Source of the DNA: Amphiscolops sp. MND2022
Taxonomy: Eukaryota
Reading direction: 5' to 3'
Length of the DNA: 64,000 nucleotides
Assembly: GCA_964187785.1 (NCBI GenBank)
Contig: OZ076409.1
Span: 7,070,001-7,134,000 of the forward strand
Under the pieces are notes generated by a model. That model was not told the DNA's origin. It worked only from the letters and a program-made list of their open reading frames with translations, and made no database searches. Every line of letters begins with the position of its first letter. Positions within the stretch are counted from its first letter, which is position 1. Made by a program: the position numbers and the translations under genes. Positions 40,085 to 53,930 of this stretch are shown piece by piece.

Positions 40085-41507
40085 TTTGCAACTGTATAGT
40101 TGCAAACAGAGTTTACGTGAACAATATATTTACGTTAAAATTGGGGGAAACTTATCCGGAATTATGTGAGTTTTTGGAAAATCTGGATGATAAACGGTCA
40201 ATGAGAGAATAGTTCTTCAGATGCGTTCCGAAAAGGTGTCATAACTTCATTGAAACCACAGTTTTGACACCGCTAATAACGGATTTAGCGGCCACGCAGT
40301 ATTTTTGCAGCGATTTCATTAGCTATTCGAATTAGCGGCAACTGAATAGATTGTCCAAATTCAAGATTTCCTCGGAAAATACACTTCGAAAAATTCCAAC
40401 TCCCACACATGTAAAACTTATACAGTATGAGAAATTTAACTTTTTTTCTTGTAAAAAATGAAGTAAGTGGTCATTGAATTTGGAAACGTACTTGAATTCA
40501 AACATTTAATAGTTTGAAGAAAAGCTTTTCAACGAATTTTGCGATTGCTCAACGAATTTTGCGAAACAAGCCGGGAACGGCCCAAGTCGGCGCCATATCT
40601 AAGGCTCAAAAATAGCAAAAGGACTTCAAAGTGTCAAGTATTCTCTTCTACAGTACCCGAATGGGAAAAAAATTCCATTTTTTCGATTTTTTTAAGTCTC
40701 CAGTAAGTAGCATAGTGCCGAAAAATGTAAAAGGGGGGACCCTTTGGGATTTTTTGAACATCCATTTTATTCAAAATAGAAAAAATTGAGGGGCTCTTTG
40801 GAGACATTAGAAAATTTGCGAAAAAAGTCTCACAAAGCCGAAATAACCTGCAGAAAAAAATTGACCAAGGGCGGGACTTGAACCCACGTCCTTCTGCTTG
40901 GCAGACATCAAAAACTATCCTAATTAACCTCTATGCTAAGTGGCAGTAGAAGTTACAAGTGTGGCAGTTAGTGGACGCAGCTTATAAAGCTTATGAAATC
41001 TGTCACTTTGTTGGTCTTTAAAAAAAAGAAAAAGTCACTACTATAGTCTGCGTTTTTCTACGAAAAGCGCCTACTGAAAATCGCGAGGAAGATCCAAGAC
41101 TCTTCGGAAAATTGACAAATGAAAGAAAGTGGATAGTGTCAAAATCAAGGCAGCAAACTTATAAAGCGGAAATTTTCTCCGCGATAAAATCTAATGAGCA
41201 ACGTTTAAACCTTTAACTGGCAATCAATGTAAAAGATAGGATTATGTTGACATCAATTATTTTATTGGACCAAATTTTTAACGCAAACGATGTCGACATT
41301 ACTAATAGTATGGTGGGGGAATAAGACGCATGGTCCAACAAATCAACTAATGAAAATACTAGATAGATTAGATGATTTTTCAAGAAGCTTTTATTTCTGA
41401 TGTTTTTCAAAATTTTCCACCGATTTCAAGAAAATGGATCATCCTAAATTCCCTCGGGGATGTTTTTCTTTCAATCACTGTACTGTATTTGGTGATTTTT
41501 GTTGCAG

Positions 41508-41634
41508 ACTGATCTTCTTGAAGATGGGTGAAGATGTGAGCGACGAAGAGATAGAACAGATGATCCGAGTGGCCGACAAGGATGGAGACGGCAAACTCGG
41601 CTGGCAAGACTTCCACGACATCATGATGTCATGA
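41508..41634 (+). CDS. Calmodulin-like protein, last coding exon (EF4)
   Basis: ttttgttgcag| (K)LIFLKMGEDVSDEEIEQMIRVADKDGDGKLGWQDFHDIMMS*; the three exons total 447 nt (148 codons plus stop). Confidence 0.9.
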
Positions 41635-44600
41635 TTCTTCGCTATGACGTCATTCTCGTAAATGCGCCGTTACTTCCTCAAACTTTGAGCTGTCAAACTT
41701 TTTTTAATAGTTAAAAAACTGCGGCTGTCAAGCTGTTTTAAAAGCTATAAAACTGCTACGTGTACTTAAACTTCTATTTTTATGATTTTTTATCTTTCAA
41801 TTGCGTTGAAATCTTTCTGCATACCGCCCCCTTTTTTGAATGAGAATTCGCTTCTAAGCTGTCATTTCTACTTTTTTTACTGGTGTCAATTGCTTTTTCT
41901 GAAGGTACCGAGTTTCTTCAAAATTTTAAAATTTTGCTCCCTAATTTGTTGGACGAACTACTTGTTCTTGATTTTAAGATAAGAAAAAGGACTTGTTCAA
42001 GTTGACATGTTTTTTTTTGCTAAAAAATAAAAAGGTTTCGTATTTTTTGGAATCATGTTTCTTCAAACTGCGCTAATACGAGATAACACACAAATATCGA
42101 TCAAAATTTGATATAATGCTTACCCGGTGAATTTTCACATCCTAGAATAATGATAAATCCACTACAAATTCAAACCGCTGCTTAACCCTAAATAGTTTAA
42201 ACCCCCTAAAGGGTTAAATAGCTAAACCCTTTTAAGCTTTTTTCAACTTCTGATTTGTTTTGCCAGTAGCCCATATTCTCTAGCACATTTTTTTCAACAA
42301 TTTGTTGGTACCGTGTTTGATTTGAACGGCACATGCCTTTGGAAAAAAAGACTGTCTCCAAAACTGCGAAAAATTGGTTACTTTTCCAAAATTCCCTTTT
42401 TGGCAAAATCAAATTTTCTCAAAAGTCCTTGACCCATAAAGAAAGACAACCCAAATCCTTTTTAAAGCAAGACATCCTTTTCACAACAAGACCTTGTGCA
42501 ACAAAACCTAATAATATGCTGTTGTTACTACAAGCTCCCGCGAAGCGCTAACGGAAAAAAACTGAATAATGGGGGGCGCGGCGCCGAGGGCTCACCTGAC
42601 CAAAATGAAAGCCCAATACCAGACATTTCAAACGCGCTATAGTTCATGTCTTTGGTATTCCTAGTTGTGGAAATAATAATCAATAGAAATTTTTAATCAG
42701 GTTTTTCAAAAATTCGCAAAAACACTCAGGTCAATTAGTGTTAAACTGCCGAATCATTCAATTTTCGTTTTAAATCATCAATTTTAACCGATATGCTATC
42801 TGCTATTTAAATGAATAGCTAAATATCATAATTCAACCAAGCAGTCGAGTTCATAGTAGCCTTGTGTGTTGTAGGTAGTCTAGACCAATTGAAGCGCCCG
42901 TGAAAGTTTCAGCGTTTATCTTGCCCAAAATAGCCCTCAAACTTCCAAAGTCTGTCAATCATTTTTCCAACTAATTATCTCTCAGCTTTTTTCATACAAA
43001 ATTGCTTCCTGTATTTCAATCAGCGCTCGCAGTGCTTGATAAAATCAGCCCAAATTTTAAGCAGAAACAAATTAAATTAACGTCTGTTTTGTCTAGTAGC
43101 TTTTAGAGCTGTTCTCGAGATCAATTACTTCACGTTTTCTTCTCTTGGTGAACGAGAAAGCAGCAGTTTTGAATTGTGTTCACGCGGTGCTGAAACGTGA
43201 CGCTGTCATTCAAACGCCTCTCGAAACCAGTTGTTTTGAATTAGCTTCTATTCTTCTCTGACAATCAAGAATAAAAGTTTCACTTTATTTTCATGGGTGC
43301 TGTTTCTAAGACAAAAATTACGTTTTGAACTAGGAACTTCATATTGTCACTTAAATTCGGAAACGTGCTGCTTGTTTTTTGCATCATTTTTGTTTTTTTT
43401 TGCGAAAAAAATCTACTTTTGTGTTCTCAGTTTTCTTAGTTTGATTGTTTTGACTTGGATCGAAAATTTATGTTCGATTCATTCAAAAATATTCAACTTC
43501 ATGCATACATGATTGTTTTCACTGAATTTGTTCGCCTCTGTGGTGACAAGTTTGTTATTTATGTACATTCTTGTAAATATTTGATAGGCTTCAAGTTGGA
43601 ATAAAATTGTCAAAAAACAATTGCTTCAAAAAGGTTTTTAATAATGAAAATCTGAAATTTTTTTCATCAACTCATGGATATTTCCATTATTTTTATCCAC
43701 AGTTGTGGCAATTCAAAGGCAACTAACAATTGGAAGTGTTAATATTTATTATTATATACATGTATTTCGGATTATTAATTAGGCATCAATTCATGAAACT
43801 ACGGGAGTTCAATATCATTCAAGTTTAAGAAGTGCTTTTCACTGTCAAAAACAATATTGAAGCTCATGGCCCTTTTGGTGAGCATAAACATCAAAAATTT
43901 TCAGTTACAAAGGATAAATTGATTTCTGCGACGGTATTTTGAACTGAATTCTTGGCCAAAGAAAGCGAAAAGATATTGGGCACTTTTTCTGTTCGTTTTT
44001 AATAAGGTAAAAGTAGATTTTTCATCAGTCGAGAGTTCGTTTGAACTCGATGAGATCCAAAGTAACATAGCAGAGCGTAATGAAACGCAATACTGTTAGG
44101 CGTGGCACTAAATTATAGCCTGTGACAAATTTAGCTAAACATTTCGACATTTGATCTGGTTAACAAAAAGCGTCCAGGTAATAGGAGGACAAAATGTCGT
44201 GGGTGCAAAAGCATTTCTGTAGATTTATAATTGAACTTTTATCAGATTTTTCAATTGACGCGAATCAACGCGATTTCTGTTCAATATAGACATGCTTTAT
44301 GCAGTGATGACCCTCTACTGAAAGAAATACGACACCTTTTACTGATTTAGACATTGGAAAACAAGCCGGGAACAGCCCAAGTCGGCGCCATATCTAAGGC
44401 TCAAAAATAGCAAAAGGACTTCAAAGTGTCAAAGTATTCTCAAAACTAGCAAAAAAACTTCAAAATGTCAAGTATTGGTGAATTGGGGACTCTTTTATGA
44501 AAAAAGTCTCTCAATCCCGAAGAAAACTGAAAGGGGGGACCCTTTGGGATTTTTCAACATTCATTTTGTCGGAAAATATCAAAAAATGAAGGGTGGACCC

Positions 44601-46062
44601 TTCGGTGAAAAAAAGTCTCACAGAGCCGAAAATACTCTAAGGGAGTACCCTTTGGCCCCGTTGAATTTCTTAGATGATGTAAAAATACTACTTCGTAAGC
44701 TAAGTAAGAATTGTACGAAATTGAGAAATTGTAAGAAAAGTGGACCATTCAGAGTGGATCGTCAGCTGAAAAAAAACTACCCACTGTAACAGTCAGGCTT
44801 TTTTCCTTAAGGGAGAAGGCGCCGACTAAAAATGATGTGCTAAAACCTTTTTGGCAGTGAACTGTTTGTTGATCGACGATTTTTAGGAATTCGGTAAAAT
44901 TTTCGAAGTTCATGTTCGGGTTACATGTACTACTGTTTTTCGCTGGACATTTTTCTGACTTTTCTTTCGAATTTAACTTCGCAGATATTTGGTTTCAGGG
45001 GTAATAGTTTCATGCACGCAAGAAGCACCGGTGCCAATAAGTTTCCTTTCATTTTTGTTGCAATTTGACTGGCTAAATTTCCACGATTTCTCTTTTTAAC
45101 AGTGATATCCCGCTGTGGTGGAACGCTTCAGTGTCTTTACCATTCATTTTTCCCAAGTCTTTTGCACTACGGGTTCCTGATTTTAGTTGGCGCTTTTAAA
45201 ATAGAAGAGCCCCACTAAAACAGTCACTCATTGTTTTCTTTTTCATTTGAGACAGACTCGAATGCGACGAAATTTTTTACTTTTTAAACGTAACATAACC
45301 GGACGAAGAGGACGAAACCTCCTTCCGATTATTTCGGCACTGTACGACTTTTTTCGACTTTTTTGTTTCTAAAGGGTCCCCCTTCGATTTTATTGACGTC
45401 TCCCCTCGTAATATCCAGAATGAAGAGCTATATCCGAACTTTTGACGTTATATCCGAACTATTTTGCGCTTTAGTAAGGAGGCTGAGGTTCGAAAACAGG
45501 AGTTTTTCATGAAAACGCCCTACTCGTATTTTAAAAACCGCTTTTTGAGTCTTAGATATAGCGCCGACTTTAGACGTCCCGTCCCGTCTTGCTCGAAATT
45601 GTAACTACTTTTTGATTTTCTAACAGGCGCATTTTATGAGACAATATGCTCGACTTGACTTTTTTGAACATACTTCCTGCGGCAAAGTCCCGCCATTTGG
45701 ACTAGTGGTCATGATACCTGCTTCGCAAGCAGGAAGCCGCGGGTTCGAATCTCTCAAAACGTTTCCCTTATTTTTAAATCTAGACGGATCAAACGGTCCG
45801 CCTTCGGATTTTTTTGATACTGCGACTTTCCTGCAATTTTCCATTTTTCACTAAAAACCCCTTTTTCAATTTTTTAATGTTACACTTTTGGCAATATGTG
45901 TTTAGAGCGTTTCTCAGTACTGAACTATTTGTTTACGGAAAAAATTGATGAGTTTTTGATTTTTGTTTGGCGTTTCGATCAGAGAAAAGCGTTTTTCGAG
46001 TCCGAAAGACAGACCCCCCTTTGGATATTTTTCAGTGAGATTTCCTATTTTAGTGAGATTTT

Positions 46063-46471
46063 GGCTCTTTTCTGTTTTCTCCCCCACCACCAAAAGTTTT
46101 TGAAAGTAAATTTCCTTTAAAAAAGTTCAGACTAGCCTAATTAAATGTAAAACCTTCTTTCATAATCGGAAGTTAACGTCTATTAGAATAGTTTTTTGTT
46201 TGAACAAAACAATTTTCAAACATTTTAACTATAATTACGTTCTTATTCACTGTGTTTAGTCACTTAAAACATGAAGTTGTTGATTTATTCATCAAGAACG
46301 TGACTTCATACGCAAAGGTAGTGTGAACAAAGTTTGTATCTCAGTTCCAAACTGTCACCCTGTAAATAAATTTAAAATTGAAGGTTTCTGGTTTGTATTT
46401 AAGTCTTTTTTGTTATAATATTTCCACTAGTTTTCCAAAAAAATTGGTGGTGGGGGGATCAGAAAAGAGCC
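46063..46471 (+). mobile_element. GGCTCTTTTCTG-family MITE
   Basis: Same TIRs and interior; TSD GAGATTTT/GAGATTTG. Confidence 0.85.
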
Positions 46472-49400
46472 GAGATTTGCTTGGAGGGCTCTTAAGCGGG
46501 GCGCTGACTTTAGACGTCCTCGTCTTTCTTTGATGCAACAGTTAAAATGAAATTTCACAGAGTTACTTGATCCGAGAAACTTTCCAGCAATTTGAGTAAC
46601 TTGGTGATAAGTGGAAAGTATTAGCGATGTTGAAACATGAAAAAATATATATTTTGCTATAGATGGCTACTCTTTAAAAGATGGCTAAAAATGGGTTCTC
46701 TTTGATTCTTTATGAAAGAAAAGGTTAACCGGTCGATCTGTTTACAGGTGAACGTTTTCTTAACCGATCTCAGAATCAGTTACTGTTTTGTTTAACAGGA
46801 AACCTTTAAAACAAGACTTTAAAACCGCTAAGCGTATTCCCACGGGGTATTACCGCCAAAAAAATATTAGAGTCTAGCCCGGGTTCGAACCCACTACCTC
46901 CTGTCTGCCAGGCAGACGCTCTACCAACTGGGTCATGGTGGCAGAAACATCCATATAGTTAATGGAGAGTTAGCGGAATTTGAAAAAAAAACGCTACACA
47001 GATGATGATTTTCCTCCCCCAACACAATAAATTGTGGGGCGGAAAATAATGATTGAATAATTGAATCGCGTCAATATACTGGGATTACATCTAAAATGTT
47101 ACGGTTACATTTCAACCGTTTCTCCAATGTCATAAGCCTTCAACTCAGTTTTGACACTATTGCAATTTTGTCGTTAGCTTCTGTTGAGTTTTTTTGTTCT
47201 TTTCAAAATGTTCGTGAAAATTAATATATAGGTTTATCCAGTTAACCGGTTGATTTTGTTTTGACTAATCGATTCATAATTCATCGATTCTTAATGAAAG
47301 ATATTTGCACAAAACTTTGTGACTTGAACTTTCAACCAAGCTCAACAAAAAGTATGAACTTTCCTCAACTTTAACGGTTTTGAAGAAATGAACAAGAAAT
47401 TAAAGTTGGTTTTCTAATTTAGTTTTCAAACACGAATTCAAAGTTAAATGTGTCCTAAGGTTGACTAGGTTTTGTTAAAATTCCGACTTCGTTGCTCTGA
47501 ACCCAAAAGTGAAGGCTAATTTCTTGCCAATCAAGCAGTGTATATTTTTACAGCAAGTTGTGGCATTAAAATTTCAATTTCCTTTCCCTTCAATAATTCA
47601 GCCCCAAAAAAGGAAAACCAGGTAATTTCCATAATAATGAAATCAAATTCTCCAATTTTGCTGTTAATTGAATTTTCAACTTCCAAAATCACTTTTCTGA
47701 AATCAATTGAGCAAGTCACGAATTCTTCTTTTATGGAAAATGGTGGTTAATTAGGCTTCAAATGAGGAAAAACCACTTTTCATGCTTTCGAATGTGGGAT
47801 GAGCACAAAAAGAAGGCACGAAGAGCACATTTTGAATCTGAGAGACCTATTTTTAGTCGGCGCCTTTTCCCTTAAGGAAAAAAGCCCGACTATTACAGTG
47901 GGTAGTTTTTTTCAGCCTACAATCTCTCTCTGAATGGTCCACTTTCCTTACAATTCTTACAATCTTGAAATTTTCACAATTCTTACTTAGCTTACGAAGT
48001 AGTGTTTTTACATCATCCAAGAAACTCAACGAGGCCAAAGGGTACTACCTTAGAGTATTTTCGGCTCTGTGAGACTTTTTCGAAAAAAAATTTTACCAAA
48101 GGGTCCCTTTCAATTTTCTGATATTTTCCGACAGAATGGATGTTGAAAAATCTTAAAGGGTACTACAGTTTTTTCGGCATTGTGAGACCTTTTTTTCAAT
48201 TTTTTTCATAAAAGGGTCCCCAATTCACCAATACTTTGACATTTTGAAGTCCTTTTGCTATTTTGAGCCTTAGATGTGGCGCCGACATGGGCCGATCCCG
48301 TCTTGTTAGTGAGAAACATTAATCTGAATCATGATGCATCCGAGAATGAAGCATGGAATTCGAAATCTAGCGGCACTGAACGAAAAAAAACATTTTTCAC
48401 TCATTATTTCTCACTAAAAAGATCAAAATGCAGGCAGCCTATTTTTTTGATAACAACTAAACATGGGAAACTTTTTTTTCAAGCCCCGTTCGTGCGATGG
48501 GCCTGAAATGTCTTTACATATGACAGTTATGGAGTATTGTAGTAATATTTCCGCCCATATTTCCATTGGCGAAAAGAAAACGTACTAGTCGGAACAAAAG
48601 TAAGGAGCACTAAGATCATTGTGACCCAGAGCAAGTCACTTCGAGATCGTAGCTTCAAGTCAACAAACTCCGTACCATTTGGCTGCAATATGGTACCGTA
48701 GCGAGCGTTTTATGGGTATTATCCAAAAGAAGCACCGTTTTCATTATTTCTGATTTGGCTGAAATTTTATAGAAGCCGTATATGTGATTTTCAAGATATA
48801 ATTAGCAACTTTTTTAGTTGGAGTTTTTTTAGAAAAGAGCGACTATGGCTTTTCGTCAGTTTTTTGTCGATACGCCTGAACTGTCCAAAATAGTTTTACC
48901 AAAAGTTCTTCAATTTAATTTTGGCAATGTTCCTTTTGGCCATCTACATACTACATTTGAGCTGTAAAGGAGTCTCCTTCGACAATAACACAACCCATAC
49001 CGGATTTAACGCAATCCTGATATAACGAATTCCGGATATAGCGAATACCGGATATAACGTTTCTTGGAGAATTTTTCAATGTCACAAAGGGCCCCCTTTT
49101 GAGATTTAGGATATTTAGAGTTGATACAAAATCATTTGAAGCCGAAAGGTCCCTCATTTGTTTTTTTTTCGGTACTGTGAGACCTTATTCTTTTTCAACT
49201 TAACCGAACAGCTGTTTTATTCTCAAAACTTTATCATACTTTGTTAAAGCTTTTTGGCTCTGTGCCTTTAGAGGTCACATGAATAAAAGAGACCGTTGTT
49301 GGTAAAGAACTTTTTACAGCCCCTTTTGTACATTTCAGTTGGTACAATTATATTACTTGAGAATAGATTGTTATGGACAAAAGTAATTTTTACGTAGAAT

Positions 49401-52314
49401 AGAACAAATAAAAAATTTAAATACCTAATTTTCAATGTTCCACACTTATGCACATTTCTGGTACCTACAATGTAGCATATGGCACTGATAGCTCACATTT
49501 GGTCTAGCGCATTCTGAAAAGAAAATGCTAAAAGTCAACAAATATTAATGCTGACAAAACGGCATCGGTCCAATTTGGTACCACACTGAAAGTTCTATAA
49601 GCTGGATGTAGTTCAAATTCTCGAAGAGCAAATTTTTAAAATCATTCTGAAAAAGAAATCCACAGTTCATGTCTGAAGAGGGACCTGTGAGAATCACGAA
49701 AGTCTTCTATAAACAGCGAAAACCTCTTTGTTACCTCCCTAAAATTGCTTCTTTTTTTCGCTTCTCAAAACTCACGAATTTCTACACAACGCTCAGTTCG
49801 GAAAAATTTTCAAATTGGTCTTTTCGGTGCCATTCGGTTTGGTGACTGAGAAATATAACAAGACGGGAACGTCTAAAGTCGGCGCTATATCTAAGGCTCA
49901 AGAAGCGCAAAGTTTTCTAAATATGCTCAGGACGTATTCATGAAAAGCTTTGAAAACACTTTCGAGACACCCAAAGTGTGCCTTTCATGCTCGATATGAC
50001 TGGAAAATCACTGTTTCCCGACTGGGAACAAAATTTGAAAAATTTTTTGAAAAACTTTTTTTTGAAAAAAACTTCGAAAATGTCGCATAGTGCCGAAAAA
50101 TGAAAAGGGGGGACCCTTTGGGATTCATTAACATACATTCTGTTGTAAAATATCAAAAAACTCGAAGGGGGGACTCTTTTGAGACCTTAAAAAATTTTCG
50201 AAAAAAAATTTCGCACAGTGCCGAAACAAAATTGAAAGGGGGGACCCTTTGGTCTCTTCCGGTTTTGTAGGTTACGTAAAAAAGGTAAAAATGAAAGGGG
50301 GGACCCTTTGCACTAAGTTTCCATTGGCCTGACTTGGCCTGAGTAGTCTTATCAGTTTCTGTAAAAAGTGGTACATACGCGATGAGCTCTGTGGTCTGAC
50401 GAAAAAAGAAAAAAAATCTAGCCACTGTAATAGTCGAGCTTTTTTCCTTGAAGGAAAAGGCGCCGACTAAAAAAGAACTAATTGTAACATTGTCAAAGAC
50501 AGGCGGTGACAAAAACCACAACCCAGAGTTTTTTGAACTGATGTTTTTCATGAAACTGCAGGTATAGCATGAAATCGAATGCACTAAGCAAGGCCAGGAA
50601 ATGCAAAAGCAAAATGGAGCTCAACATTGTAACATCAGATTTTTGGAAAACGCACATTTATTTCCTCCGTTGTCGTTGTTAAGTGCGCTATAACTGGCCC
50701 CTGATAACTTGGGAAATAATTCGCTTAGAGAAAATAACTTCCGAAGGACTTTGCAAATAACGCCCAAAACTACTTGTATTATTGAAATTGAAGTCTACAG
50801 AATTGATCTGAAAGTAAAAACCGATTGAAAAATTTATTGTATAACTGGGAGACCCTCATTTTGAGGCGTTTTGCGCCCCTCCAGGTCAGTCTTAGTCAAA
50901 ACCAGTCGCAACTCAAATAATGGCACGTCGCTCCGTTCCGCTTCGCTCCTATTTTGGTTACTAGAGCATTACGATACATGAGCCGCAAAAGTGAATTTTT
51001 ATCATCAAGTGTAGTATGTTTTCAGTGTAAAATAGTCTCCAACCGTATTTTAGTCAAGGAGTGTAACGTGTATCAGCTGTTTTATTGCGTATTTCAGTCA
51101 AGCAGTGTAACGCAGATTCACGAATTTCAGTCATTAAGTGTAATTCGTAAAAAGTGTATTTCAGTCAAGAAATTGTGTCAAGTGTAAATCAGTCAAACTT
51201 TAACTAGAATTCACTTTTTGACGAATTCAGAAAGTAATCTCCTCAAAAAGTGGATAGTAGTCAAAGTTTGACTACTTTACACTAATTCATTAATACTAGA
51301 CAATTTCTTGCTGACGCTTTAAATTTGAATTCACTCAGTAACAACTTTGATTGTTTTACGCTGCTTAACTTGATTGATTTACACTATAGTTTGATTGTTT
51401 TACACAGTTTTACAAAATGTGGTATTTAACCGTGGGAGACCCTTATTATCTTTTTAGGTTATTCTTTCTTAAGACGTTACTTGCCGCTATCGAAAATTAT
51501 TGGTCTGAATTCAATTTTTTGTTCGGGTGGTCTTGAAGAAGCCACAGCCGTAATCCACATTTTAAAAACAAACAAAAAGTGCCAAAAATGAACCTTTTCT
51601 CACCACAAATGTGTCAAGAACGGATTCCTATTCCAGTTGATTGTGTCGACGAAAATCTTTAAATTTTATCTAGAACAAAATTTTTGTTCCTTTCCACTGA
51701 CACTAATTCACGCAAACAGCTGCGAACTGAAACTCACATTTTTCTACATTGCTATAAAATTTGAAGAATCAGAGGAAATTCCTCTTTTTCACATATTCAA
51801 AAATTCCAAAAACTATTTTCTGTCCGGTTATCGATTTCGCCTTTTTGCTCAGAAAACCCCATTCTTCTAGTCACGAGACTTTTTTTGCATTCGATTACGA
51901 TTCGAATTAGATTGTATAATTGAAGAAGTCCCAAAATTTGAGAGCCCATGCACTCGACTGAATCAATTATCTCAAGGGATTTCAACTTATGAAATGATTC
52001 GATAATCTGTATAAGCTTGGATTGGCGAGTCGAGATGCGAACTAGGATTTCAGCAGAAGACGTTCTTTTTCAATAACTTCACAAGTTTTCAACATCTCGG
52101 CATTAGAGAAAACCACTCCCCTTTTTGCCATCTTTGGAGGCTGGGGAGTATTATCTGTTACATTGTCATGTGGTGGGATTTCTTAGATGTCTGTACATAC
52201 ATTGTTCATACTTTTCCACTGCCGCAATATAATACCACCGCCTTGTAGCATAATAAAAAAGTATACCATGTTGACTTTGATAAATACTAAGCCATGTTTA
52301 TGGTTTGTTTTGCG

Positions 52315-52767
52315 GGACCATGTGTCGTATCCCCCCCCAAGCGGCCGCGGGGGGGGGGGGATAAGACACAAGGTTCAAATACCATTATGTCGACATCGTT
52401 TGCGTTGAAATCAAAAATAATTGATGTCGACATCCTATCCATTACATTGACTGTCAGTTAAAAATTGCTCATCAGATTTTATAGCGGACAATATTTGCGC
52501 TGAGACAAGGGCCTTTTTATACGATTTTAGCTTGTTCCAAGCGTGAATTTCTGCTATTTTGGGCAATAATATCCAAAAATTATGGTACGTTTTTTGCCTG
52601 CAGTGTCCAAACAGTTGTAGAGACAATCCTCTAAGTATTTACGTTCATATGATATTCTCTTATTAGTGAAATATTTTTTATTCAAGAACAAAATGTGCTT
52701 TCGTGTTGGGGGGGGGGGGGGTAATTAGCAACAAGGTGTACCTGGGGGAAAATAGAACACATGGTCC
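52315..52767. mobile_element. GGACCATGT-family MITE, intergenic copy (possibly Merlin-like)
   Basis: TIRs GGACCATGTGT / ACACATGGTCC; 8-bp TSD GTTTTGCG/GTTTAGCG; partial copies near 24040-24360 and 41180-41337. Superfamily inferred only from GG termini and the 8-bp TSD. Confidence 0.85.
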
Positions 52768-53930
52768 GTTTAGCGTATAGTTTACAACTTTACAGCGTGT
52801 CATGATGTCTTGAATAAATAATGCCAGGGACGGAATTGGCAAAAAATAGGCCGAAAGTAAATCTTCGTTATTAGAGGGGTGTGGACAATTAGTAGGGCGC
52901 CGCCCTTGCGTTGAATTTAAAAAGGCAAGATATAATGAACCTAATAACTTTTTGCAGAACGGGAAATGAGAAAACGGACGCGGACCCCACAATTCTGCTA
53001 AATAGTCGCCTCGGTTGACAAATTCGCAATTTGGTGATTAGCGGCTTATGTCCAAATGCAAAATAAGGTGTCCCCGCATGGTCTTCATTGTATATAGGTA
53101 GCAAATGTGGAGTCAGGTTACTTCTAGGGGGAAATTGGGTCAGAATGAAAATGAGATGAAAACTCGCCTCGACGAGTAGGTTAGAGGTGCAGAGAGAGGA
53201 GAAAGGGAAAGGGAACATTACGTCATTTGATGGGAGCATGCATGTATGAGCCGTTTTCTATTGACTACCCCACCCCCCTCAGTAACTGGTTCATCCCCTC
53301 AACACTTTTAAGACAGAGCGTTTGAGACAATAACCATGGTCGTCTCAAAATCTTTCAAAGAAAGTATTCGTGAAATGATACCATTGAAAGAGGCAGTTTA
53401 CATTTTTATTTTTTCTGCGATAGGAAAAATAAAACAGAAACCGGGGAAGTTTTTTTCAGCAGAGTGTGTTCGTTAACCGAGTATCTTTTGAAAAAGATTC
53501 AGACATTTGGCTGGGAAGTGAGCATAAGCCTGAGATTTAAGTTTTCCAGACAATTCCATTCTCGTGCGATGGAACGAGCGGGTGGAAATTATGCATGCAT
53601 TCGTACGCCGAATTATTGAGATGAAGCGAACGAGCGTTAATTATTTGTTCGCATGCATTCAAATCCGATTCGAAGCTTCGTATAGGTTTAGTAGTTCCCT
53701 TTTTAGTCCGAGAAGAATTAAAGGCGGTGTAAACTGAGACAGTGATTAATTGTGCGCTATATAATGATTAAACAGGAGTGTATAGTTATTCCTGATATGC
53801 TTCAATTATTGATCATGAAAGCCTAAAGCAGAGTTAAAACTGTGCCCACAAGAGCCCCTTTTTTGTTTTTAGGTGCTTTGGAACTTTTTTTACAGAGCAG
53901 GTTATTTTCTAAACGATTAGAGAAGAATTT

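Noticed and set aside
45695..45760. Functional tRNA gene (CCTGC-TTCGCAA-GCAGG arm, B-box)
   Set aside because: The acceptor stem does not pair; similar degenerate copies recur in repeats.
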